Below are positions 1 through 10,430 of a stretch of 64,000 nt of DNA, in pieces (within the stretch, counting starts at the first letter, position 1; every line of letters begins with the position of its first letter). The position numbers and the translations under genes were made by a program. Source of the DNA: an uncultured beta proteobacterium (GTDB lineage Bacteria > Pseudomonadota > Gammaproteobacteria > Burkholderiales > SHXO01); the NCBI GenBank assembly GCA_963741215.1, contig CAVUHQ010000024.1, forward strand, positions 10,389 to 74,388. Reading direction: 5' to 3'. The notes under the pieces are model-generated. The model had not been told where the DNA came from. It worked only from the letters and a program-made list of their open reading frames with translations, and did not search any database.

Positions 1-262
1 AGCTCAGGTTGGGCAGGTTGAGCTCGACCAGCTCGAGTTGCGTGAACAAGGCCTTGTGGTCCGAGTCCCCGTACAGGGCCTGGAGGCAGAGGGTGACGCG
101 CTTGCTCAACTCGCCCCGACTCATCCCAGCGAAGTCGCCGAGCAGTGTGGGGATGTCGTCGAGCTGGCGGGCCTTGGCCTCGGCCACGATCTGGCGCAGC
201 TTCTCCTCGATGGCCGGGCGGTCGAGGTTGGTAACCAACTCTACGGTCTTGTCTTGGTCCAC
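1..262 (-). CDS. hypothetical protein, N-terminal part (gene runs off the left edge)
   Basis: Open minus-strand frame from GTG (complement of 260-262) to the window edge. It translates VDQDKTVELVTNLDRPAIEEKLRQIVAEAKARQLDDIPTLLGDFAGMSRGELSKRVTLCLQALYGDSDHKALFTQLELVELNLPNLS. A purine-rich AGAGGGGG run lies 5 nt upstream. No family recognised. Confidence 0.35.
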   Translation of the reverse strand, partial: MDQDKTVELVTNLDRPAIEEKLRQIVAEAKARQLDDIPTLLGDFAGMSRGELSKRVTLCLQALYGDSDHKALFTQLELVELNLPNLS

Positions 263-403
263 GTGTACCCCCTCTGCGACAGGATACCGCACCCCGCCTG
301 TATCGCATACCTTGTGCCAGCGGCATGGCCGACGGTCTGATGCCGGCATTTTATGGTATTTATGCATGCAGTCAGATCGAATCATTCCAGATTGGAGGTA
401 ACG

Positions 404-1168
404 ATGAAGTCCTTCGAGTTGACCGGCAAGGTCGCCGTGGTGACCGGGTCGAGCCGGGGAATCGGGCGCTCGATCGCCGAACATCTTGCGGCCGCGGGAG
501 CCCGGGTGGTGATCTCGAGCCGCAAGGCTTCCGCCTGCGACGAGGTCGCTCAGGCGATCCGGGACGCCGGAGGTGAGGCGGCCGCCGTTGCGGCCAACAT
601 CGGGGACAAGAGCCAACTGGACAATCTGGTCAGCGAGACGCGCAGGATCTGGGGCCGTATCGACATTCTGGTGTGTAACGCCGCCTCCAACCCCTACTAC
701 GGTCCGATGGCCGAGCTGCCGGACGACGCGTTCAACAAGATCTTGCAGAACAACGTCATTGCCAACCATTGGCTGTGCAATCTGGTGCTGCCGGAGATGG
801 CGCAGCGCAACGACGGCGTGGTGATCATCGTGTCTTCCATCGGCGGCCTGAAGGGCAGCAGCGCGCTGGGCGCCTATTGCATATCCAAGGCCGCCGACAT
901 GCAGCTTGCGCGCAATCTGGCAGTGGAATGGGGCAAGCGGAACATCCGCGTCAACTGCATCGCGCCGGGCCTGGTGAAGACCGATTTCGCGCGCGCCCTG
1001 TGGGACAATCCGAAGCTGCTGGCCCAGACCGAAGCGATGACCCCGCTGGGGCGCATCGGCGAGGCCGACGACATCGGCGGCATCGCCGTCTTCCTCGCCG
1101 CGCGCGCAGGCGCGTTCGTGACCGGGCAGACCATCGTCGCCGACGGCGGCATCACCATCGCAGGATGA
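404..1168 (+). CDS. short-chain dehydrogenase/reductase (SDR) family oxidoreductase
   Basis: ORF 353-1168; likely start is ATG 404. MKSFELTGKVAVVTGSSRGIGRSIA carries the TGxxxGxG Rossmann motif, and YCISKAA is the catalytic YxxxK. Classical SDR length. Reads through in one frame. Confidence 0.9.
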   Translation: MKSFELTGKVAVVTGSSRGIGRSIAEHLAAAGARVVISSRKASACDEVAQAIRDAGGEAAAVAANIGDKSQLDNLVSETRRIWGRIDILVCNAASNPYYGPMAELPDDAFNKILQNNVIANHWLCNLVLPEMAQRNDGVVIIVSSIGGLKGSSALGAYCISKAADMQLARNLAVEWGKRNIRVNCIAPGLVKTDFARALWDNPKLLAQTEAMTPLGRIGEADDIGGIAVFLAARAGAFVTGQTIVADGGITIAG

Positions 1169-1174
1169 GCGAAG

Positions 1175-1600
1175 GTGGCCGAAGAACTCACTCTGGAACA
1201 GCAAACCACGCGGGTGCTCAACCACCCGTACCTCCGCTTCGCCGGGCTCGAGCTGGTGCACCAGGAACCCGGCAAGGCCTGGTGCCGCTTCGAAGTCAAT
1301 GCCAACTCGATCACGCTGTCCGCGAGCTTGCACTCCGGGGTACTGTACGGCCTGCTGGATGCCACCAGCCACCTCGCGCTGCTCCCGATGCTCGAGGCGG
1401 GCGAGCACGCCGTCACCATCGACTTCCACGTGTCCGTGATCCGCTCCGTGCCGGCCGGCGCCCGCGTGGCACTGCGTGCGGAAGTGATGCGCAAACGCCC
1501 CAACGTCGCGTTCCTGCGCTGCGAAGCGCAGACGGTGGAAGACGCCGCCGGCACCGTTGCGTTGGCCACCATCACGAAGGCGATCAGCCGGGGCAGCTGA
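1175..1600 (+). CDS. PaaI-family (hotdog-fold) thioesterase
   Basis: ORF 1175-1600, GTG start 7 nt after the SDR stop, 141 aa. Hotdog/PaaI-like pattern (LHSGVLYGLLDATSHLALL ... HAVTIDFHVSVIR). Intact. Confidence 0.75.
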   Translation: MAEELTLEQQTTRVLNHPYLRFAGLELVHQEPGKAWCRFEVNANSITLSASLHSGVLYGLLDATSHLALLPMLEAGEHAVTIDFHVSVIRSVPAGARVALRAEVMRKRPNVAFLRCEAQTVEDAAGTVALATITKAISRGS

Positions 1601-1873
1601 GCGCAACCCGTCGCCCGCCTGTTCCGCCCGGACGGGTGGAGAGGCAGAGCTTGTGCGGCTTTGCACAACCGCGGCTCTGGCAGCCCGACAGGCCTCTCGT
1701 CGGTCGCGACTGCCGCACTCGACGCCGCAAGCCGCGCGCCGGACGGGTTTGTTGGCATACCCTTTGCGTCCGCCTGCGGCGTCCAGCGCCTTGTGAGCGG
1801 CCTGCCAATTCCCCTCAAGCAACAGCGCGGTCAGCCCGAAAACTACTCCAATGCAGCACCGAGGAGAGGCCTC

Positions 1874-3500
1874 ATGAAGTTCCCCGCCTTCCTGCCAATC
1901 ATCCCGAAGCGCGTGTCGCAGGTGCTTCACCCCACGACCCCGTCAGGGATCGGTCGCCGTTTCTTCCTGGTCGGAGCGCTGCTGGTCGCAGCCGTCGCGA
2001 TTGCCATGAGCGCGCAGCGCCGGGTGGAGGGCTGTCTCCTGGATTCTGTGCGCGGCCGCGGTCCTGTTGCTGGTCGCCTTGCACCGGGCGATCCGGGCGA
2101 GGTTCGACAAGGTATCCGAAGGGCTGGAGAGCATCGGGCTGGGCGAGTTGTCGGGGCGCGTAGAAACGATCCTCGAAGGAGAGTCGGGCCGGGTGGTCGA
2201 CAGCATGCGGCAGATGAACGAGGGCCTGGCCGGAATCGTCGAGCAGGTTCGCGCCAGCTCTGAGCGCATCGGGACGGGAGCCCGGGAAATCGCCGCAGCG
2301 AGCGGCGACCTCTCGCAGCGCACCGAAGAGCAGGCCTCCACCCTCGAGGAAATCGCCTCGTCGATGGAGGAGCTGGCCGCGAACGTCAAGCAGAACTCGG
2401 AGCACTGCCACCAGGCAAGCCGGCTCACCGACGAGTCCGCCGCACTCGCCGCGAAGGGCGCGGACTGCGTGCGTCGAGCGGTCGACAGCACGAACCTGGT
2501 GTACGACAGTTCGCGCAAGATCGGCGAGGTCAACAAGCTGATCGAAGGCATCGCGCTGCAGACCAACATCCTCGCGCTCAACGCGGCGGTCGAAGCGGCG
2601 CGCGCCGGGGAGCAAGGGCGCGGCTTCGCGGTGGTCGCCAGCGAAGTCCGCGCGCTGGCGCAGCGCTGCTCGGACGCGGCGCAGGATATCAAGCAGCTGA
2701 TCGAGACTTCGGTTTCCAACATGAACAGCAGCGTGGGCATCGTCAACGATGCCGGCAAGGTCATCGACCGCGTATCCGCGACTGTGCACCAGGCGGCAGA
2801 GCTGATCGGCGAGATCGCCTCGGCGTCACGCGAGCAGAGCTCGGGCGTCGAGCAGGTGAGCCAGTCGATCCTGCAGTTGGAGCAGGTCAACCTGCAGAAC
2901 GCCGCCCTGGTGGAACAGACACACGCCGCCTCCCGATTGTTCGAAGAGGAAGTGCGCAAGCTCGAGGAGGTGGTCGGCCATTTCAAGCTGGACCGCGCCG
3001 AAGGCCGCCACACTGCAGTCGCGCTGGTGCACCAGGCCGTGGCCCACTACAAGGCAGTGGGCAGGCGTCAGGCGTGCGACGACTTCGACGACCCCACCGC
3101 GGAATTCATCTTCGGCGAGTACTACATCTCCGCGTTCGACATTCACGGGATCCGCATGGCCAACGGCATGGACCCGGCCAGCCGCGGTGAGAACATCCTC
3201 GACATCCGCGACGCGGATGGCAAGCAGCACGTACGCGCAATCATCGAGAAGGCCAGGTCTCGCGGGAAGGGATGGGAAGACTACAAGTGGACCAACCCGC
3301 TGAGCAAGCGGATCGAGCCGAAATCAGTGTACTTCGAGCTGATCGACGACGTGGTCGTGAGCTGCGGGATCTACCAGGCCGATGAATCAGTGCGTGCAGA
3401 GCAAGTGGCACCACCGCATGCTCAGGTGGGTTCTTTGTTGCCGGCGCAGCCGCGGCGGCCCGCCATATCGCCAGGCTCGAGGCTGGCGGCAAGCAGTTAG
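1874..3500 (+). CDS. methyl-accepting chemotaxis protein with C-terminal Cache_2-like domain (one apparent frameshift)
   Basis: ATG 1874 is preceded by GAGGAGAGG. TM1 ([16 protein letters not shown]) lies in the frame of ORF 1661-2263. TM2, HAMP and the signalling domain lie in ORF 2067-3500, so one indel falls near 2010-2030. The hairpin [36 protein letters not shown] is diagnostic of MCPs. The true stop is uncertain; the tail after ...[10 protein letters not shown] may be read-through. Confidence 0.85.
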
Positions 3501-3516
3501 CCCGCACTTACCACAA

Positions 3517-3669
3517 CGAAGGCTCGAGCAGCTCGCCCACGACCAACTCGTCTATCGCTTCCCCAAGCCCCAACCCGATCGGCGTACCGAGCTGCGCCTA
3601 ACGCCGGTGGAACCGATCGAGCGGCTGGCCGCGCTGATCCCGCCCCTGCGTCCGCACCGCCACCGCTAG
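3517..3669 (+). mobile_element. IS91-family (Y2) transposase C-terminal remnant
   Basis: The end of ORF 3382-3669 reads RLEQLAHDQLVYRFPKPQPDRRTELRLTPVEPIERLAALIPPLRPHRHR*. The '...LxPxExIxRLAALxPPxRxHxxR' block is the conserved C-terminal signature of IS91/IS801-type transposases as I remember it. Only about 50 codons remain, with no N-terminal HUH/Y2 catalytic part. Confidence 0.45.
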
Positions 3670-3883
3670 CGTCTGCGGAGCTTCGCGCTCCAACTCCTAG
3701 ACTCCGCTACGACTATCTTGCTAATCTGCACATTCTTTCGTTAGGCTTACGGTCGGGCATCGACCGTCTTCTCCCAGCGACATAGGGGATTGGCAATTGG
3801 GTGACGCAGGATTCGGCTGCGTCGCTTCGCGACAACTAGAACGCTGCGCTCGTCAGCTCGCGCGGCGTTGAACGGGAGGCCGG

Positions 3884-6742
3884 TTGGCGCTGCCGCTCGT
3901 CCTCGCAGGTCCGATCCTGCGGCGGGTTGAATCGAATCTGGTGTCGGTCTGGATCGCGCTCAGCCGTCCGGCGAACGTGACGATCACGGTATGGGAAGGG
4001 CGGATCAAGCCCGGCGCTGCCGGTGAATTCTTCCGCAGCAATCCCCCCACGCCCACCCTGCGCATCGCCGACAACCTGCACGTCACCGTTGCGCTGGCGC
4101 GCATTCCCGCCGGTTCGCAGAAGGCGTTCAAGCCCGGCGTCATCTACAGCTACGACCTGACGATCGTCGCGGGCGCGAACACGCATACGCTCGCCTCGCT
4201 CGGCCTGCTGAAGAATATCCCGACCGCGAACGGCGGACCGGCAGGCAGCGAGCGTCCGCATCTTGCGCTCGGCTACATGGAAGATTTTCTGCCGAGCTTT
4301 GCGCTGCCGCCGGACAAGCTCGAGGATCTACGCATCGTCTACGGCTCCTGCCGCCGTCCGGCGAACGAGCATCCCGACGCGATGGCGATGATCGACGATC
4401 TCATCACCGCCGATCTGCAAAAGCCGTTGTACGAAGATGCGTTGAAGCGGCCGCACCAGCTCGTGCTCGGCGGCGATCAGATCTACGCGGACGACGTGTG
4501 GGCTGGACACATGCTGATGCTGAATCCGCTGGCGAACGAGCTGATCGGCACTGTACACCGATCCGCAATCGCCGCATCCGGACGAGCTCATACCGCTCGA
4601 AACGATGCCGGTCGACCGCAAGAATCTCGTTGCCGAACATCAGGAAGATCCGATCAATCATCCGGACGGCTGGGCGCCGGGCGGTCCGACACACATAGCG
4701 CTGCGGCCTCGTTCCGTTTCCGGCGGGTCGTCGCAAATCGCAGATCATGCGCGTCGCGCAGATGACGACCACCGACGGCGAAAGCCATCTGTACTCGTTC
4801 GGCGAATTCGCCGCGCTGTATCTCACGGTGTGGAGCAACGCGTGCTGGCCGCTGCCGACGGAATGGCCGAAGGCGAAAGATGTGTACGCGCCTGCCGGTC
4901 CGCCGGGCAAGGTGACGCCGGCGCCGGAATACGAGTTCCCGCTCAAGTGGGATGAGCTGACCGCGGAACGACGTCGGCGAAAAGGAAGGCAAGGAGAACT
5001 ACAAGGAGTGCGCCGACAAGGAAGACGCCGCGCTGCAGACCTGCCTGCTGCAGCAGCGGCAGAAGAAGCTCGAAGCGCGTCACGCGATCAAGGTCGAGCA
5101 GATGACCAAGTTCTACGAAGCGCTGCCGAAAGTGCGCCGCACGCTCGCCAACGTGCCGACGTACATGATGATGGACGATCACGACGCGACCGACGACTGG
5201 AACCTGAATCCGATCTGGGTCGAGCGCGTGAACAACACGACGTTCGGTCGCGCGATCCTGCGCAACGCGCTGGCCTCGTACGCGGTGTTTCAGGACTGGG
5301 GCAACGACCCGGTGCGCTATCTCAACGAGGACACCGCTGCCGGCCGGCGATCCGAAGCGCATGCTCGACACGGTCGCCAAGATGTTTCCGGTGCGCGCGA
5401 ACGCCACGCGCGAAACCGGCAACCGCCGAGGTGCCGGCGAAGAGCGTGATGGACGCGCTCGACAAGTTCTACGGTCTCGATCAGCTGCCGAAGGCGCAGT
5501 TGACGGCAGCTACGACCCGGTGACTCCGCCGATCAAATGGCACTGGTCGGTCAAGGGACCGAAGCATCTGCTGGTCGCGCTCGACAATCGCACGCGCCGC
5601 AGCTTCGTGTCGCGCGAAGGACCGCCCGGCAATGTCGTCGATCTCCGCGCAGGCCGATCAGATTCCCGCGACGTTGCCGGCCGGTCTCGACGTGCTCGTC
5701 GTCGTCGCGCCGCTGCAGGTGCTCGGCGCCGGTTTGCTCGACGAGCTGATCGCGCCGACCGCCTATCGCGTCTTCGACGCAGCGAAGTACAGCAAGCTCA
5801 ATCCGACGCCGACGCAAGGAAGACAAGGACGTCGAGCGCGAAGGACCCGGCACGCGCCGCATGATCGGCACCGATCCCGACGCGATCGAAGCCTGGGCGT
5901 TCGACCCGCTCGCGCTCGAAGCGCTGCTGAAGCGGCTCTCTGCGCACAAGCGCGTGCTGCTGCTGTCGGGCGACGTGCACTATTCGTCGGCGAACGAGCT
6001 GAGCTACTGGACCAAGGGCAATCCGGTGCCCGCGCGCATCGTGCAGTTCACCGGCAGCGGCTTCAAGAACGTGATGCCGTGGTTCATCGGCGCGGTCGAT
6101 CGCGTGCTGTCGTTCGCGCAGCGCATGGTCCGCTCCGAACATCGGCGCCGAGCGCATGGGCTGGAACAACGCCGACGACAAGGCGTTCGTCTTCAAAGGC
6201 GGGCACAGCCTCGCCGACACGCCGCCGGTTCTGCGCCGCAAGCTCCGACAATCGCCGATGCTGATGCCGACGTTCGGCTGGCCCGAGGGCACGACGGTGG
6301 ATCCGGCCAAGCTGCCGGACTGGTCGTGGCGGTCGAAGCCGACGCTCGATGTGCGGAAGGAATCGGAGCGTCCGCCGCCGGGGCAGCTGCGCGCGCTCGA
6401 CCCGACCGAAACGCGCGTGCAATCGATTCTGGCCAATCACGCCGAACCGGGCAAGGAGCTGACGGCGTACGCGACGATCGCCGCGCGTCATCATGGATCA
6501 GTTCGACAAGCTGCGCCACTCGCGCCAGATTCTGTTCCGCTCGAACTTCGCGCTCGTGCGCTTCGAGCGCGCGCCGGATCTGACCGCGGTGCACGAGGTC
6601 TACACCGCGCTCCCCGATCCCAACGCGGCGCCTGGTACGCCGCCGACAGGTGCTGCCGTATCTCGTGCAGCGCGCTTCGCTCGACGGCCACGCCGAAGAA
6701 GTGCGTCCCGAACTGGCGCCGATGCAACCGCCTGCGTTCTGA
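3884..6742 (+). CDS. operon gene A: large (~950 aa) PhoD-like metallophosphatase-motif protein (many apparent frameshifts)
   Basis: TTG 3884 lies 4 nt after GGGAGG. Protein-like sequence continues through ORF pieces 3884.., 4605.., 4747.., 5102.., 5361.., 5632.., 5861.., 6156.., 6493.. to TGA 6740-6742. Motifs: LRIVYGSCRRP, LVLGGDQIYADDVW (4469-4495), YMMMDDHDATDDWNLN (DDHD 5174-5185), VLLLSGDVHYSSANE (5969-5980). The N-terminus GPILRRVESNLVSVWIAL resembles a PhoD_N beta-sandwich start. Confidence 0.7.
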
Positions 6743-6754
6743 TTACGTTGCATC

Positions 6755-9700
6755 ATGGCCGACGACACCGAAAAGAAGGAAGACAAGACGTTCCTGCAGA
6801 AGGTCGGCGGCGTCATCCTCGACATTCGCCGACTGGCTCGGCCAGGAAGCGTCGCCTACCGCGCGATCCTCGACGACATGGGGCTCGATGCAAAGAAAGC
6901 CCCGAAGTTTCCGCCGCTCACGCTGAGCGGCATCAAGGATTACGTTACCAAGCCCAGTCCCGGTCTCGAAGCGTGGATCGGCGTCATCGCCGATGTCAGG
7001 AAGCTGTACGAGTCGATCCGTTCGGTATGGGATGCCATCGCTCAAGATCTCGGCGCCGGAAGCCGCCACCGAAGAAATCTTCCAGACGTTCATCGATCTG
7101 CTCGCGAGCAACTATGTGCGCGATCGCTGGTTCCATCTGTTCGTGTGGATGGAGTTCGCGCGCTTCAGCACCGAGCCGATGACGCTGTACGGTCCGCAGG
7201 GCACGGCGGCAAGCGCTTCTACGGCATCGCTCAAGGCGCTCGTCAAGTTCGCGCTCGCGCCGGTCACGCTGCTCAAAGGTCCGCCGATGCAAACCGAGGC
7301 GGATGCGCGCAAGTGGTCGGACTCGACCTTCCTGCAGCTCGCGGGCGTGTTCGCGTTCATCGGCCATTCGGAGCGCGAGATCGGACTCGACACCGAGCCG
7401 CTCGACGACGGTCACTTCAAGATGTTCTACGGCTTCGATCAGCCGGCCGGTGCGCTGATCACCGGCAGCAGCTGGCCTCGCCGGCGGCGGACGACGTATC
7501 GCAGCGCATGCTGTCGGTGCAGGTGCGCGCGTTGCCGCACTCGTTTCCAGAGCAACACGATCAAGGTCGAAGGCGCGTTGCGCTTCTCGCTCGCGTGGGT
7601 GCCCGAAGAGCACGGCGGCAAGGGACTGTTCGTTTCGCTCGGCGGCAGCACGTTCCGATTCAACGTCGATCGCGGCGGCGCCTGGGCAGCGCAGGCCGAC
7701 GCGACCTTCGACGCGCCGTTCAGCATCCAGCTCGGCGGCAAGGACGACAACTTCCGCATCGACAGCCCGAACGCAGATGCCGAAAGTGCACGTCGGCGTC
7801 GCGATCGCCTCGAAGCCGATGCCGCCCGGCGAGCGCCGCTTTCGCTTCCTCTCGTTCGGCGGCGACAACGGTTTCGACATCGGCCGCATCGCGCTGTCCG
7901 GCACGCTCGATCCCAAGGATGCGCGCGCGCAGCTCACGTTCTACGATTGCCGGCTCGCGCTCGACGGCACGTCGTTCGACGATTTCATCGGCTCGATGCT
8001 GCCGACGAAGCAGACGAGCGTCGAGTTCAGCTTCGGCGTCGGCGTTTCGTCGCGCGACGGCTTCTTCACCACCGGCGACCTGCCGTTCGTCGGGGCGCGC
8101 GGCGGCGCGCCGCAGACGTCGACAGACGACGCTCGCGCTCACGAGCGACACCGCGAGCGGCAGCGGCGGCGCCAGCCGGCAACGACTTTCCCAATGTGCC
8201 GGTCGTAGCAACCGGCCTGCAAGGCAGCGGCATTCCGCTGGAGATTCCGATCGGCAAGAGCATCGGTCCGGTGCGTCTGCTGAAGGTGCTGCTCAATCTC
8301 GACCGCGACACGAGCGGGCGCCGAGCCGAAGACGCTGATTCAAGCCGCGGTCTCGTTCAGCACGCAGATCGGTCCGGTGGTCGCGACGATCGATCGCATC
8401 GGGATGAAGCTCGGTGTCGATTTTCCCGACGACCGCTCGCAAAGCCAATTTGCATTTCGCGAATGTCGACCTCGGCTTCATTCCGCCCAAAGGCATCGGC
8501 CTCACGGTCGATGCGAAGAGCGTCAAGGGCGGCGGCTTCCTGTTCCACGACGAAGGCAAGCATCAGTACGCCGGCGTGATGGAGCTGAGTCTGTCCGGCG
8601 TCATCGCGCTGAAGGCGATCGGCCTGCTCGCGACGCGCCTGCCCGACGGCAGCAAGGGCTACTCGCTGATCATCCTCGTCACGGCGCAGAGCGCGCAAGC
8701 CGGGCGGATCGCTGCTGGCAGCTGCCGCTGGGCTGGCGCCTGACCGGCATCGGCGGCTTGATCGCGATCCATCGCACCGTCGACGAAGACGCGCTGCGCG
8801 CAGGTCTCAAGAACCACACGCTCGAATCGATCCTGTTCCCGAAGGATCCGGTGGCGAACGCACCGACGATCCTCGCGGCGCTCGACCGCGTGTTCCCGGC
8901 GAAGCGCGGCAGCTATCTGTTCGGCCTGATGGTGCAGCTGCAGTGGGGCGTGCCGACGCTGATCGACGTGAACCTCGGCCTGATCGTCGAGCTCGGCGGC
9001 CGCAACCGCTTCGTCGTGCTCGGCCGCATGACCGCGATTCTGCCGCGCATGGACAACGACCTGCTGCGGCTCAACCTCGACGCGGTCGGCGTCTTCGATT
9101 TCGACCAGGGCACGGCGGCGATCGACGCGGTGCTGGTCGATTCGCGGCTGCTGCGCCGTTTCCCGCTGACCGGCGGCGGCGCGCTGCGCGCGCGCTGGAC
9201 TTCGCCGCGCAGCTTCGCGCTCGCGGTCGGCGGCATGCATCACGGCTTCACGCCGCCGGCCGGCTTCCCGACGCTCGAGCGCCTCGCGCTGAGCCTGACC
9301 ACCGGCGACAACCCGCGCCTCACCTGCGAGGCGTACTTCGCGCTGACCTCGAACACCGTGCAGTTCGGCGCGCACGCGCATCTGTATGCCGCCGCGGCCG
9401 GCTTCAACGTCACCGGCGACGCCGGCTTCGACGTGCTGATCCAGCTGCTGCCGTTCCACTTCCTGGCCGAGTTCTTCGCCGGCATGCAGCTCAAGAAGGG
9501 CTCGACGCAATCTGTTCAAGGTCAAGGTCGAAGGCGCGCTCGAAGGCCCGCTGCCGCTGTCGGTGCGCGCCAAGTGCACGTTCGAGATTCTGTGGTGGGA
9601 CGTGTCGATCCGCGTCAACGTCACGCTGGTGAGCGGCCAGACGCCGCCGCTGCCGGCGGCGATCGACGCGTTCGCGCAACTGCGCGCCGCGCTGGCCGAC

Positions 9701-10430
9701 GCCAAGGCTGGACACGCGAACTGCCGCAGGGCCAGACGCGCATCGTCTCGCTGCGCGAGTCCGCTGCCGACGGCGACCTTGCGCGTGCATCCGCTCGGCA
9801 CGCTCACCGTGCGCCAGAGTGTGGTGCCGTTGAATCTCACGCGCGACATCGACAAGTTCAACGATTCGCCGATCGCCGGTGCGCGCCGCTTCACGGTCAC
9901 GCGCGTCGCGGTCGGCACCGGCACCGCAGCGAGCCGACCGGCGACGTGCAGGACGATTTCGCGCCGGCGCAGTTCTTCGAGATGAGCGACGACGAGAAGC
10001 TCGCGAGCCCGTCGTTCGAGCCGATGCAGGCGGGCATGCGCATCGGCTCGTCGGAGTTCGCGTTCGCGCTCGGCCAATGCGTCGCCTCGCCGCTCGACTA
10101 CGAGACGCGCATCGTCGATCGCAACGCCGCCGTGCCGCCGCCGCCGCCGAAAGTCGACTACGTGCTGAGCCGAGCGCTGCTGCGAGATGCATGCGATGCA
10201 CGGCGCGGCCGGCCGCAGCCCGCTGCGCCGCGAGGAGCGACGCGCGGCGTGTCCAGCCGTTCGCGAAGGTCGAGCCGCTGCGCTTCGCCGCCGTGACCGA
10301 CGATCTCGCGCTGCTGCCCGATGCGAAGCGCGACGTCACCTTCTCGGAAGCGCTGAGCAGCGCGGCGCTCAAGCGCCGAAGCATGGTCGTGAACGACTTC
10401 GAGCTCGCGAAAGTCGAGGAGCCAGCATGA
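6755..10430 (+). CDS. operon gene B: ~1225-aa hypothetical protein (possibly DUF6603-like; many apparent frameshifts)
   Basis: ATG 6755 lies 12 nt after the A stop; the stop is TGA 10428-10430. The gene is stitched from ORFs 6755.., 6993.., 7777.., 8414.., 8377.., 9563.., 9879.. . Distinctive blocks: GGGFLFHDEGKHQYAGVMELSLSGVIALKAIGLLATRLPDGSKGYSLIILVTAQ; LGWRLTGIGGLIAIHRTVDEDALRAGLKNHTLESILFPKDPVANAPTIL; VGGMHHGFTPPAGFPTLERLALSL. The family assignment is from memory only. Confidence 0.7.
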
